43,321 bases of DNA from an uncultured Bacilli bacterium (GCA_944350415.1 CALVOY010000015.1:1-43321), one strand, 5' to 3'; positions 19,952 through 28,135 are shown, counted from the stretch's first letter. The notes: generated by a model not told the origin, from the letters alone. Numbers and translations: made by a program.

Positions 19952-20347
19952 CTAAAATAGTTCTAAAATTTTAGGAATAAAAATAATTCCTGCAACAAAA
20001 AACGACATTACAGATAATACCAAAGATGCTCCACTAGCACAATCTTTCGCTATTTTAGCAAGTTTATTTTCTTCAGTAGTTTCTAAATCCACGCAAGCTT
20101 CAATTGCACTATTCAACATCTCACAAGCAATTACAGTACCAATACAAATTACTACAAGCATTAACTCTAATTTAGAAATGTCTAATAAAAAACTAGCTAT
20201 TAATACGAAAATAGTTGCAAGCATCATAATCAAAATATTATGCTCATTCTCAATCGCATATACAATTCCATCAATCGCATGTCTAAAACTTTTCACATAT
20301 CTGGTTACAAAATTTCCCGTATCTTTTTTTCTTGTCGTATTCTTCAT
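19952..20347 (-). CDS. dgkA: Diacylglycerol kinase family / undecaprenol kinase
   Basis: SFRHAIDGI, EMLNSAIE..VD and AKDCASGA motifs. Start moved to ATG 20347. Confidence 0.93.
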   Translation of the reverse strand: MKNTTRKKDTGNFVTRYVKSFRHAIDGIVYAIENEHNILIMMLATIFVLIASFLLDISKLELMLVVICIGTVIACEMLNSAIEACVDLETTEENKLAKIAKDCASGASLVLSVMSFFVAGIIFIPKILELF

Positions 20348-20348
20348 A

Positions 20349-20804
20349 TTAATTTTCCCTCCTAATTCCAAATGCATTCAAAATATCTTCTTGTTTTTGA
20401 AACATAACCTTCTCTTCCTCTTCTTTCATATGATCATAACCGAGTAAATGTAATAAGCCATGAATCATTAAAAAAGACAACTCTCGTAAAAAAGAATGAC
20501 CATATTCTTTGGCTTGTTCTTCTGCTTTTTCTACGCAAATATAAATATCCCCTAATAAACGATGATCTAATTCTATAGTTTGATTGTCTTCTAAAGCAAA
20601 ACTAATTACATCGGTTACACGATCCACATGACGATAAGTTTTGTTCAGTTCATGAATAGTATTACGATCCACAAAAATTACATTAAATTCCACATTTTTC
20701 AAAGCTTCTTTTTCTAATGCGAATGCTAACAATTCATATAGCTTGTCCATCTCTTTAGATAAATCGTGATCCGTTTCATTAAAAATTTCATACACATTAT
20801 TCAT
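20349..20804 (-). CDS. ybeY: rRNA maturation RNase YbeY
   Basis: LN..YR..D..TDVISF, LGDIYI and HGLLHLLGYDH. Start moved to ATG 20804. Confidence 0.97.
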   Translation of the reverse strand: MNNVYEIFNETDHDLSKEMDKLYELLAFALEKEALKNVEFNVIFVDRNTIHELNKTYRHVDRVTDVISFALEDNQTIELDHRLLGDIYICVEKAEEQAKEYGHSFLRELSFLMIHGLLHLLGYDHMKEEEEKVMFQKQEDILNAFGIRREN

Positions 20805-21421
20805 CTTACCATCACCATCCATATATAACCTACAAAAATTCCCAATAAAGCAACCGAAATACAATTTAAAAACCAATTGCTTTTAAATACTTTAGGCATA
20901 GAATCCCCAATTGTATCAATTAACATATAAATCCCGTAACCAAGAAAACCACCAATTACATTTAAAATAATATCATCAATATCAAAAACTCTACCGATTA
21001 AAAGTTGAGTAGTCTCTACTGTTACAGAAGCGAAGAAAACCAAACAAATCGCATGAAATGGTTTTTCAATTTTGGTGAATAAACAAGCAAACAATCCATA
21101 AGGAATAAACATCACAACATTCCCAACTACATTTTTAATAAACAATCTACTTCCCAATTGATAACGCATAATTTCCTTAAATGGTACTAGGTTGTTGCTA
21201 CTGATATGTAGTGACTGATCTTCAAAAGTAACAATTTGAAACAAACACAAAATATAAATTAAAAAGAACAATAGAAAAATTTCCTTATATAAAATAAAAG
21301 GCTTCCTATTTTTTACGATATCAGTAATACGAATAGAAGAGAGTGTTAAAATGCAGATAATAATCATTGGCCAGCTGAACTCCATTACTCCTTTTATCGT
21401 ACTATCTAATGGTGTAATCAT
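20801..21421 (-). CDS. VanZ family membrane protein
   Basis: NLVPF, NVVGNVVMFIPYG and E..Q...GRVFDIDDIILN..G motifs. Confidence 0.9.
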   Translation of the reverse strand: MITPLDSTIKGVMEFSWPMIIICILTLSSIRITDIVKNRKPFILYKEIFLLFFLIYILCLFQIVTFEDQSLHISSNNLVPFKEIMRYQLGSRLFIKNVVGNVVMFIPYGLFACLFTKIEKPFHAICLVFFASVTVETTQLLIGRVFDIDDIILNVIGGFLGYGIYMLIDTIGDSMPKVFKSNWFLNCISVALLGIFVGYIWMVMVR

Positions 21422-21436
21422 AATATCACCTAATTT

Positions 21437-22621
21437 CTATTCCGATTCTGCTTCATTATTTTCTATAATATTGGATATTTCTTGATAATCTGTAATATCT
21501 TCATAAATTTTATAAAACATTACTACTACTATTTTACTATCTTCTTCTGTGATTTTCAAATTTTTTTCATATAATATTTCAATCTCTTCTCCTAAGTCTT
21601 GTTTTAAGTGCTTTTGAGCAATTTCTGATGCTTCAGTAACAGCATTTTCTTTTGTATAAACTTTATCTATCACTTCCACTTCTTGCTGGTTTACAAGAGA
21701 TATAGAAATAGGAAGCAAGTTATTTTGAAGTTTAAAAATTACTTCTTCTTGGCTATTATCATATTTTTTAAAATCAAACCAATTATAAGAATTGTGAAAC
21801 CATTCAATTTGAATAATTTTTTGGGAATGATCTGTTTTCTTTTCTTCACGATAATGGTAAGGAAGTTCCACATTTACAGTATACCAAGTTTCAGCATAAA
21901 CATTGCCCTCAGCTTTTACTTTAGCTACTTCCTCTTCCTTATTATGGATAGTACCTCCAATTAAAACATCTCCCTTTTTTACATATTGATCTTTTTTAAC
22001 CATAATTTCTCCACTAGAAGAAACTATTTTTTTAATCAAACCGTTCTTCTTAGCAACAATATTACGAGGCGTATCATCCGCTACATTTTCATTTTTCTTT
22101 CGTTCTTCTACTTTTATTACATATTTAGTACCTTGTCTTTCGATTTCTAACCATTCAATTTGATCTTTATATTTTTTTAATATATTTTCTTTAATTTGTT
22201 CTTTTTTATCATAAGATACTACCAAACTGTATTTATCGATTCCCTCATTTTTTAATTCTTCTAAAATTAATTCTCTTAACTCTTTATCATTATGAACCAC
22301 CTCTACATCAAAAACAATATTGGTAAGTCCTAAAAACATAAGAAAACCCAATACTAAAGCCATCAAAAATAACCAATATTTTTTAATAAAGCCTTTAATA
22401 GAAGCAAATCCATAAACTTTAACAACTTCTATTTCATAAATAGTTTTAATCGTTAAAATTTTTTTATAGTCTTCTTCAGAAACCTTAATAATGACACTAT
22501 TTTTTTCAAAAACTATGTTTAAAAACTCAATATGCATTTTATGTAAATTATGTAAAAATCGTTTTATATCCTTTCCGGATATTTTAACATCATAGAAACT
22601 AACATTATTTCCTAAAATCAA
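21437..22621 (-). CDS. yqfD: Sporulation protein YqfD (stage IV)
   Basis: TM followed by a POTRA-like region, W..I...GT...I.VEE, P.NIVAKK.G.I, V.KGDVLI.G and A.G.V.A.TWY motifs. Start uncertain. Confidence 0.92.
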   Translation of the reverse strand: MILGNNVSFYDVKISGKDIKRFLHNLHKMHIEFLNIVFEKNSVIIKVSEEDYKKILTIKTIYEIEVVKVYGFASIKGFIKKYWLFLMALVLGFLMFLGLTNIVFDVEVVHNDKELRELILEELKNEGIDKYSLVVSYDKKEQIKENILKKYKDQIEWLEIERQGTKYVIKVEERKKNENVADDTPRNIVAKKNGLIKKIVSSSGEIMVKKDQYVKKGDVLIGGTIHNKEEEVAKVKAEGNVYAETWYTVNVELPYHYREEKKTDHSQKIIQIEWFHNSYNWFDFKKYDNSQEEVIFKLQNNLLPISISLVNQQEVEVIDKVYTKENAVTEASEIAQKHLKQDLGEEIEILYEKNLKITEEDSKIVVVMFYKIYEDITDYQEISNIIENNEAESE

Positions 22622-22838
22622 GAGTATTGATATCTCCTACTATTACAATTTCATTATCTAAAAGTTTTCTAACACGCAAATTTTCTCCTATAATCACAAT
22701 TGTTCCTAATGAGTAAGATAATGATATTTTTTCATTTTCCATATAGTTGATTCTATCATAATTTACAATATTTAATTCCCCATTAATATACACGATTTGA
22801 AAATCGGTAGTATTAATATAGCGCATGATATTAAACAT
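22605..22838 (-). CDS. yqfC: YabP/YqfC family sporulation protein
   Basis: L.IVNY..I, I.GENL.V..L...EI.I.G.I motif; directly upstream of yqfD. Confidence 0.85.
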   Translation of the reverse strand: MFNIMRYINTTDFQIVYINGELNIVNYDRINYMENEKISLSYSLGTIVIIGENLRVRKLLDNEIVIVGDINTLDFRK

Positions 22839-22853
22839 AGTATCACCTAATTA

Positions 22854-22882
22854 AATGTATGAAAAAAAAGACTAATTAGTCC
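22854..22882 (-). promoter_or_regulatory. Probable sigma-E promoter of yqfC-yqfD, overlapping an upstream terminator hairpin
   Basis: -10 CATACATT fits the sigma-E consensus; weak -35 GGACTAA 14 bp upstream; yqfCD is sigma-E dependent in B. subtilis. Confidence 0.5.
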
Positions 22883-22890
22883 TTTTTTAT

Positions 22891-23298
22891 TTATAATGAC
22901 TTTATCTTTTCTGATTCTTGAAGAGAAAGTTCGATATCTTTCAATTCTAACTTAGCTATCAATTCTTCTAATTCCTCACCATCTAAAGATTCTATATATG
23001 CTTGTGTGGTTTCTAACTGCTGTATAGTTTCTTGATATACACGATTACCATGAATAGAAACACTAGTTCCTGCCGAAGTAGTCACACTACCTAAAGTCGT
23101 TTCTAAAAAATTGTTATCTCTATCTCCTGAATTTATTACCCTAGTTCCTAAACCGCTGGTTTCTGTAGCTGATAAAGTAGTAGATGTAGGAAGGAAACTA
23201 CCAGATGATTCTAAAGTACCCAATCCATTCAATGAAAAAAGTGAATTAGTAGATTCTGCAATTAAATTTTCACAAAATAAGCTAGTAAATTTAAACAT
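22891..23298 (-). CDS. Hypothetical Ser/Thr/Gly-rich protein with an acidic helical C-terminus
   Basis: 135 aa; strong RBS AGGAGGT; start overlaps the stop of the upstream gene. Confidence 0.75.
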   Translation of the reverse strand: MFKFTSLFCENLIAESTNSLFSLNGLGTLESSGSFLPTSTTLSATETSGLGTRVINSGDRDNNFLETTLGSVTTSAGTSVSIHGNRVYQETIQQLETTQAYIESLDGEELEELIAKLELKDIELSLQESEKIKSL

Positions 23299-24067
23299 TT
23301 TTACGACCTCCTATTCGTTTTTCCTGTTCCTGTTTAGTGTGCAATTCTTGCAAATAAGAATACTGTTCTTTCACATATTCTAATAATTGTACTGCTTGCT
23401 CACGAGTTGTAATATTATTGACTATCTCATCAATACTTGGTATCTGAATTTGTGAATTTATAGCTTGCGAAACAGGAACTATTCCTTCCTGCAAATTCTT
23501 TAAATTAGATTCTAATTTTTTATCCTCTAATCTTTTCAGACAACTATACATTCTTTTATTTTGAAAACGGCATAAATTATAATTTTGAAGATTAACACAT
23601 TCAAAATTAATCACCAAACTTAAGACTTGTGCCAAAGCGCAAATACCACTAAATACCGGAAATGGATTTCCTAACATAAATGTAGTTATTCCAATTATTA
23701 CTATAATTATAATATTCTTTTTCATACCTCTTTGATGAATCTTTTTATTCATCTCTAAATATTTTATAAATCTAGTTGGATAATTAGGATCATAATGGTA
23801 ATTTCTATTTTGCTTATAAACCAATTCCTTACGAAAAACTAATTTTTGTTTCTGATATTCACGCAATAATGTTTTTTCATCCACTATATGCTGTTTTCTA
23901 ATTCTTCTTAAAAACTGCTTATCACACTGTTTTTCATAATATACTTTAATATTAGGAAAAAATTTTTGAATTATTTGATATTTTAATTTTTCTAAGATAA
24001 AAACGACTTTTTGAAATTGTTCTGCACCTAACAAAGTGTATATTTTTAATTTTGTTTTTCCATCCAT
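23291..24067 (-). CDS. Membrane protein distantly resembling the CrtO acyltransferase family
   Basis: IY..LG...F.K near the N-terminus, a His before two TM segments, then N.....LQ.YN..R, similar to the CrtO-family QRYNR.R motif. Start ATG 24067 after GAGGGG. Confidence 0.5.
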   Translation of the reverse strand: MDGKTKLKIYTLLGAEQFQKVVFILEKLKYQIIQKFFPNIKVYYEKQCDKQFLRRIRKQHIVDEKTLLREYQKQKLVFRKELVYKQNRNYHYDPNYPTRFIKYLEMNKKIHQRGMKKNIIIIVIIGITTFMLGNPFPVFSGICALAQVLSLVINFECVNLQNYNLCRFQNKRMYSCLKRLEDKKLESNLKNLQEGIVPVSQAINSQIQIPSIDEIVNNITTREQAVQLLEYVKEQYSYLQELHTKQEQEKRIGGRKNV

Positions 24068-24165
24068 AAAACCCCTCTTTTTCTTGAACAAGGCATATTA
24101 TATCACCCCCCACTTCGTCAAGCATCTTAAGAGAAAATCAAGTTATTATATATATTTACAAAAAA

Positions 24166-24196
24166 AGAAGAAATAGCATTATTCACTATTTCTTCT
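24166..24196 (-). terminator. Intrinsic terminator after rpsU-yqeY
   Basis: AGAAGAAATAG-9 nt-CTATTTCTTCT with a T-run on the minus strand. Confidence 0.75.
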
Positions 24197-24221
24197 CTGT
24201 CTTCATCTATTTTTATCCGTT

Positions 24222-24668
24222 TTATGAATTCAACTTTTCTCTAATGAGACTAGATATCATTCCCATGTCAGCTCTTCCTTTAACTCTAGGGGTTACTATT
24301 CCCATTATTTTGCCCATATCTTTCATTCCAGATGGATTTACTTCTGTGAATGCTTGCTCAATAATTTCTAGAATTTCTTCTTGTGTTAGTTGCTCTGGTA
24401 AATATTTGTTTAAAATTTCTATCTCTACTCTTGTTTTATCTATTAAGTCTTGACGATTTCCCTTTTCGAATTCTTTAATAGATTCATTTCTAGTTTTAAT
24501 TTCTTTAGATACTACCTCAATTAGTAATTCATCATTAATTTCTTTTTTATGGTCAATACTCTGCAATTTCATTGCTCCTTTTATACCACGAAGAGTAGCC
24601 AAACGAACGCTATCTTTTGCCTTCATAGCTTCAATGATATCTTGATCTAATTCTTTTACGAAATCCAT
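24222..24668 (-). CDS. yqeY: GatB/YqeY domain protein
   Basis: AMKAKD..RL..LR, R.ESI..F....R.DL, YLP.QL, KDMGKIMG and KGRAD motifs. Start moved to ATG 24668. Confidence 0.95.
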   Translation of the reverse strand: MDFVKELDQDIIEAMKAKDSVRLATLRGIKGAMKLQSIDHKKEINDELLIEVVSKEIKTRNESIKEFEKGNRQDLIDKTRVEIEILNKYLPEQLTQEEILEIIEQAFTEVNPSGMKDMGKIMGIVTPRVKGRADMGMISSLIREKLNS

Positions 24669-24709
24669 TTTTTTCTCTCCTTTTTTATAGAAAAAGACTA
24701 ATACCACGA

Positions 24710-24910
24710 TTAGTCTCTATTCCTATTTGCTTTATTACGCTTACGAGTATTTTTGATACCCTCTTTTTTAGCATTTCTTCTTCTTACTCCTGGTTTATCA
24801 TAACCTTCTCTTTTCTTGCATTCAGAAGGGACTCCATCTCTAGCTACTTTTTGCTTAAATTTCTTTAATGCAAACTCAAGATTTCCATTTTTAACCGCTA
24901 CCTGTGTCAT
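24710..24910 (-). CDS. rpsU: 30S ribosomal protein S21
   Basis: LE.ALKKFK.K....G...E.KKRE.Y.KP; precedes yqeY. Confidence 0.93.
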   Translation of the reverse strand: MTQVAVKNGNLEFALKKFKQKVARDGVPSECKKREGYDKPGVRRRNAKKEGIKNTRKRNKANRNRD

Positions 24911-24942
24911 ATTTTCCCCTCCTTCCGCTCTTACTAAATTAG

Positions 24943-24971
24943 ATTATAGCGCACCTTTCGAGTTTTTTCAA
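24943..24971 (-). promoter_or_regulatory. Sigma-A promoter of rpsU-yqeY
   Basis: TTGAAA-17 bp-TATAAT. Confidence 0.8.
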
Positions 24972-25041
24972 CACATTTTTTATCGGTTTTTCTTTTTTTA
25001 TTTATGTTTTAATCAAAAAAAGAAATTGGCAAACCAATTTC

Positions 25042-25227
25042 TTAATATACAACAATATGATATAGGAATCTTATAAAAGTTCCCAAATAAATGCCTAATT
25101 GAAATAAAGTGCTTAATAGTAAGTTTAAAACAGTTAAACCAAAAGGCAAACATAAAAACAATGTGATTGTTTTAACTATTTTCTTATGTTCTAAAAAAAC
25201 ATTTTTCCATTTTGTTATAGTTGACAT
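25042..25227 (-). CDS. Small hydrophobic protein, candidate immunity/partner protein of the peptide locus
   Basis: 61 aa, basic N-terminus then a long hydrophobic stretch; no GG leader; start overlaps the end of peptide B. Confidence 0.6.
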   Translation of the reverse strand: MSTITKWKNVFLEHKKIVKTITLFLCLPFGLTVLNLLLSTLFQLGIYLGTFIRFLYHIVVY

Positions 25228-25385
25228 ATATTATTGTTTCCAATTCTTCTAATAGAACTACCCAAACTTTGCCCTAAAGAATAAATAAATTTTGCTGTAC
25301 TTAAAAAAGCATTAACAATTGTTCCTGTAAGATTAAATCCACCAACTATCCATAATAAGTCTTGTTGATTATAAATTCTTTCCAT
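25215..25385 (-). CDS. Double-glycine-leader peptide B (bacteriocin-like precursor, 56 aa)
   Basis: Not in the ORF track. MERIYNQQDLLWIVGG|FNLTGTIVNAFLSTAKFIYSLGQSLGSSIRRIGNNNICQL; RBS AGAAAGGAG; L..I.GG leader; GxxxG (GQSLG). Confidence 0.85.
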   Translation of the reverse strand: MERIYNQQDLLWIVGGFNLTGTIVNAFLSTAKFIYSLGQSLGSSIRRIGNNNICQL

Positions 25386-25397
25386 ATGTTCTCCTTT

Positions 25398-25535
25398 CTA
25401 ATTACATTTTAAAGGTCTAGCAATTCCATCTAAAACACCTACAATGAATACAACCGCTGAAACTATCCCAGCAATTCCCCAAAAACCAATCCCACCATTG
25501 ATGGTTTCTAATTCTTTTTCTCCTAATTTCTTCAT
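25398..25535 (-). CDS. Double-glycine-leader peptide A (class IIb bacteriocin-like precursor, 45 aa)
   Basis: Not in the ORF track. MKKLGEKELETINGG|IGFWGIAGIVSAVVFIVGVLDGIARPLKCN; RBS AAAGGAGGT; canonical L...EL..I.GG leader; GxxxG (GVLDG); ATGA overlap with the upstream gene. Confidence 0.9.
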   Translation of the reverse strand: MKKLGEKELETINGGIGFWGIAGIVSAVVFIVGVLDGIARPLKCN

Positions 25536-25963
25536 CCAATACCTCCTTTTATAAATTCAATTAACATTTGAAATATAGTTTTATTACTTTTTAAAAAGTA
25601 ACAATCGGTTGCAATAGCATCTGTTTTGTAGTTATAGGGGTTAATATAAATTACTTGGTAAATATTACCATCGATATTTGAATAATCAGAGCTAATACTT
25701 TCGATTTGGTATTCATATCTTTCATTTTGAATATAAAGATAGGAATTTGCTTCTATATCTGGTATTTTTTTACTATCTACCATGAATAAAAAGCGATCAT
25801 CTTCTTTTATTAAAATATATTTCTCATATGTTTGAAAATTGAACTTACACAATACTATAAATATCACTATTATGAATACAATAAGAAATATCATTCGTCC
25901 CCAACCTATTCGAATTTCTTTCTCTATCAATTGATAGTCCTGAATTGTCCAATTATTCTTCAT
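25532..25963 (-). CDS. Very small transporter accessory protein (probably a minimal HlyD/LcnD-like adaptor)
   Basis: 143 aa; one N-terminal TM, a beta-rich body and C-terminal KTIFQMLIE reminiscent of HlyD-family ends; overlaps the transporter stop. Confidence 0.55.
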   Translation of the reverse strand: MKNNWTIQDYQLIEKEIRIGWGRMIFLIVFIIVIFIVLCKFNFQTYEKYILIKEDDRFLFMVDSKKIPDIEANSYLYIQNERYEYQIESISSDYSNIDGNIYQVIYINPYNYKTDAIATDCYFLKSNKTIFQMLIEFIKGGIG

Positions 25964-28037
25964 AACTTACTCCCCTATCAATACGATACTTTTTTTGAAA
26001 TAAATCTTGGTTATGGAATCGATGTGAAATCACAATAAATGTCTTATCTTTGTAAAAATAAAGTAAATTTTTCAAAATTTGTCTCTCTGTTTTAATATCT
26101 ACTTCATTTAAAGATTCATCTAATATATAAATCTGTGCATCTTTTAACAGTGCCCTTGCTAATATAATTCTCTGTCTTTGGCCACCACTAAGGTTAAAGC
26201 CATCTTCTTCTAACAACTGATCATAAGCCAAAATATCATTATTTGCGAATTCATCAATCATACAACATCGAGCAATGTTCAAAAAATCATTATAATCTAC
26301 TTGCTTGTCCAGTACGATGTTTTGATATATAGAATCTGTAAACAAAGTTTCCTGTTGAGAAATGTAACAAATTTCTTTTCTAATACAATTTAATGAATAA
26401 TGAGAAATATCATTTCCATCGTAAAAAAGCATTCTATTTTTAATTTCTAACTGCTTTGCCAAAATCTTTGCTAAAGTGCTTTTTCCACTACCACTTTTTC
26501 CATATATTAAAACCTTATCGCCAGGATTAATCTTTAAATTAATATCCCTAAGAAAAAGATCTTTTCCATTATAGGAGTATTTTAAATGACAACTTTCTAT
26601 TTTACCTAACAGTTTTCTATTTATTTTCATATGATCCAACTTTAAATTTTCTGTTTCCACTTCATAAAGTTCTCGAATTCTAGCAAAAGAAATTTTAGCT
26701 TCTTTCCAAGATAAATCTAAATCTATGATATTTTTAATTGGATCTAGTAAATAACTCATCAAAGTAATAAAAGTAATTAAAACAGAGATATCGATTTCTT
26801 TATGTAATACTAAAAAACTTCCAAAAATCATAATAAAGAAGATTCCGAATTGATCAATCAAATTTTTAAAAAACTGTTCTAAAATAAATAGATAGTTATA
26901 AGAAAGACTATTTTGATTATACTTACAATATTTTAATAAAAAGTTTCTTTCCGTAAATTCTTGAATGTTTTGATTTTTAATGGTTTCTATACCGCCAATT
27001 GTTTCTACTAAAAAAGAATTTAGTTGTGCAGCTTTTTCTTTGCTTTTAAAAATTCTTTTTTCTAACAATGGTCTAAATAAAAACATTATCAATACGAGCA
27101 AAACAATACTAATAACCAGTAGCAAAGTTAATTTCATATTCAAGTAGAATAAAGTCCAAAATGTAAAAAGTGCTAATACAACATCCATGAATACAGTAAC
27201 TAATAATTTGCTGATGACATTTCTAATGCTAGATAAATCTTCCATCCTAGCTATGATTTCTCCAGTAGTCCTATTCTTATAATAGAGATATGGGAGAGAT
27301 AAAATATGATGATATACATTGACAAACAAAGACTTATCCAATTGATGATTGATATGATTGATTAGAACATTACGATAATAATTACTACTTTCTTTTATAA
27401 AAATAATATTTGCAAAAATCAAAGCAATTGGTAATAAGTTGCTAATCGTTTGATAGGAAATCACATACTCCATTAATATCTTAAATTGAAAAGAAAATAA
27501 TATATTAAAAATAGTAAAGATGAAAGACAGAAAGAATAAAAAAAGTAACTTTTTTCGTTTAGAAACGATAAACTCTAATAAAAAACTTTTCAATATCTTG
27601 TTTTGCTTTACATACATAATTTTCTTCTGTGGTTTTAAAAAGATAAATTGTTCAGTTGATATATTTTGAAACTCTTGAAAAGATACCTTTTGTAATCCTT
27701 TTTTGGCAGGATCTGCAATCACTAATATCTTCTTGCGAAAGTTAATTTCATAAATCACCACAAAATGTTGGTAACTCTTTTTTATGGTTACATGCGCAAT
27801 ACAAGGTAAAAACTCCTTTTCAATGGATTGAAAATTTCCTCTTACTCCATAACCTGAAAAGCCTAAAATTTTAGCTCCCTCAATTAAAGAATAAGCACTT
27901 ACACCTTCTTTGGTTGTATTCGTAATATTTCTTAAATACTCCTTTGACACTCCTCCACCATAATATCTCACAAGCATTAATAAACAACATACACCACAAT
28001 CTTTTAAGTCTAATTGTTTTTCAAATGGATACTTCAT
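25953..28037 (-). CDS. Peptidase-containing ABC transporter (C39 peptidase + TMD + ATPase; ComA/SunT/LagD-like)
   Basis: Q....DCG catalytic Cys, HFVV and IADPA; R.TGEI..R; Walker A GKSGSGKST, LSGGQRQR, ILDE and SHR. Start ATG 28037 after GGGAGGTGA. Confidence 0.95.
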   Translation of the reverse strand: MKYPFEKQLDLKDCGVCCLLMLVRYYGGGVSKEYLRNITNTTKEGVSAYSLIEGAKILGFSGYGVRGNFQSIEKEFLPCIAHVTIKKSYQHFVVIYEINFRKKILVIADPAKKGLQKVSFQEFQNISTEQFIFLKPQKKIMYVKQNKILKSFLLEFIVSKRKKLLFLFFLSFIFTIFNILFSFQFKILMEYVISYQTISNLLPIALIFANIIFIKESSNYYRNVLINHINHQLDKSLFVNVYHHILSLPYLYYKNRTTGEIIARMEDLSSIRNVISKLLVTVFMDVVLALFTFWTLFYLNMKLTLLLVISIVLLVLIMFLFRPLLEKRIFKSKEKAAQLNSFLVETIGGIETIKNQNIQEFTERNFLLKYCKYNQNSLSYNYLFILEQFFKNLIDQFGIFFIMIFGSFLVLHKEIDISVLITFITLMSYLLDPIKNIIDLDLSWKEAKISFARIRELYEVETENLKLDHMKINRKLLGKIESCHLKYSYNGKDLFLRDINLKINPGDKVLIYGKSGSGKSTLAKILAKQLEIKNRMLFYDGNDISHYSLNCIRKEICYISQQETLFTDSIYQNIVLDKQVDYNDFLNIARCCMIDEFANNDILAYDQLLEEDGFNLSGGQRQRIILARALLKDAQIYILDESLNEVDIKTERQILKNLLYFYKDKTFIVISHRFHNQDLFQKKYRIDRGVSYEE

Positions 28038-28084
28038 AAATTCACCTCCCAATAGTATTATTTAAAAAACTTAGAAAAAGACTT

Positions 28085-28110
28085 AAAAAAAGTAGCTCAA
28101 ACTACTTTTT
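28085..28110 (-). terminator. Intrinsic terminator upstream of the transporter gene
   Basis: Minus strand AAAAAGTAG-TTTGAG-CTACTTTTTTT. Confidence 0.7.
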
Positions 28111-28135
28111 CTTTATAATTAAAACTATTAAAATT

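Noticed and set aside
20801-21421. VanZ-family gene as glycopeptide resistance determinant
   Set aside because: No van cluster is present; VanZ-like genes are widespread outside resistance loci.
24048-24112. 16-codon uORF (MPCSRKRGVLWMEKQN) after SD-like GGGGGTGA, overlapping the CrtO-like start
   Set aside because: The same bases read better as an extended -10 promoter (TGATATAAT), which would leave the SD untranscribed.
25215-28037. Peptide locus as a lanthipeptide/sactipeptide or ComABCDE competence locus
   Set aside because: No LanM/LanBC, radical SAM, YcaO, histidine kinase or response regulator in the window.
28040-28084. Sporulation-sigma promoter (AATACTA) in front of the transporter gene
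   Set aside because: Only a partial -10 match and no acceptable -35 at the right spacing.
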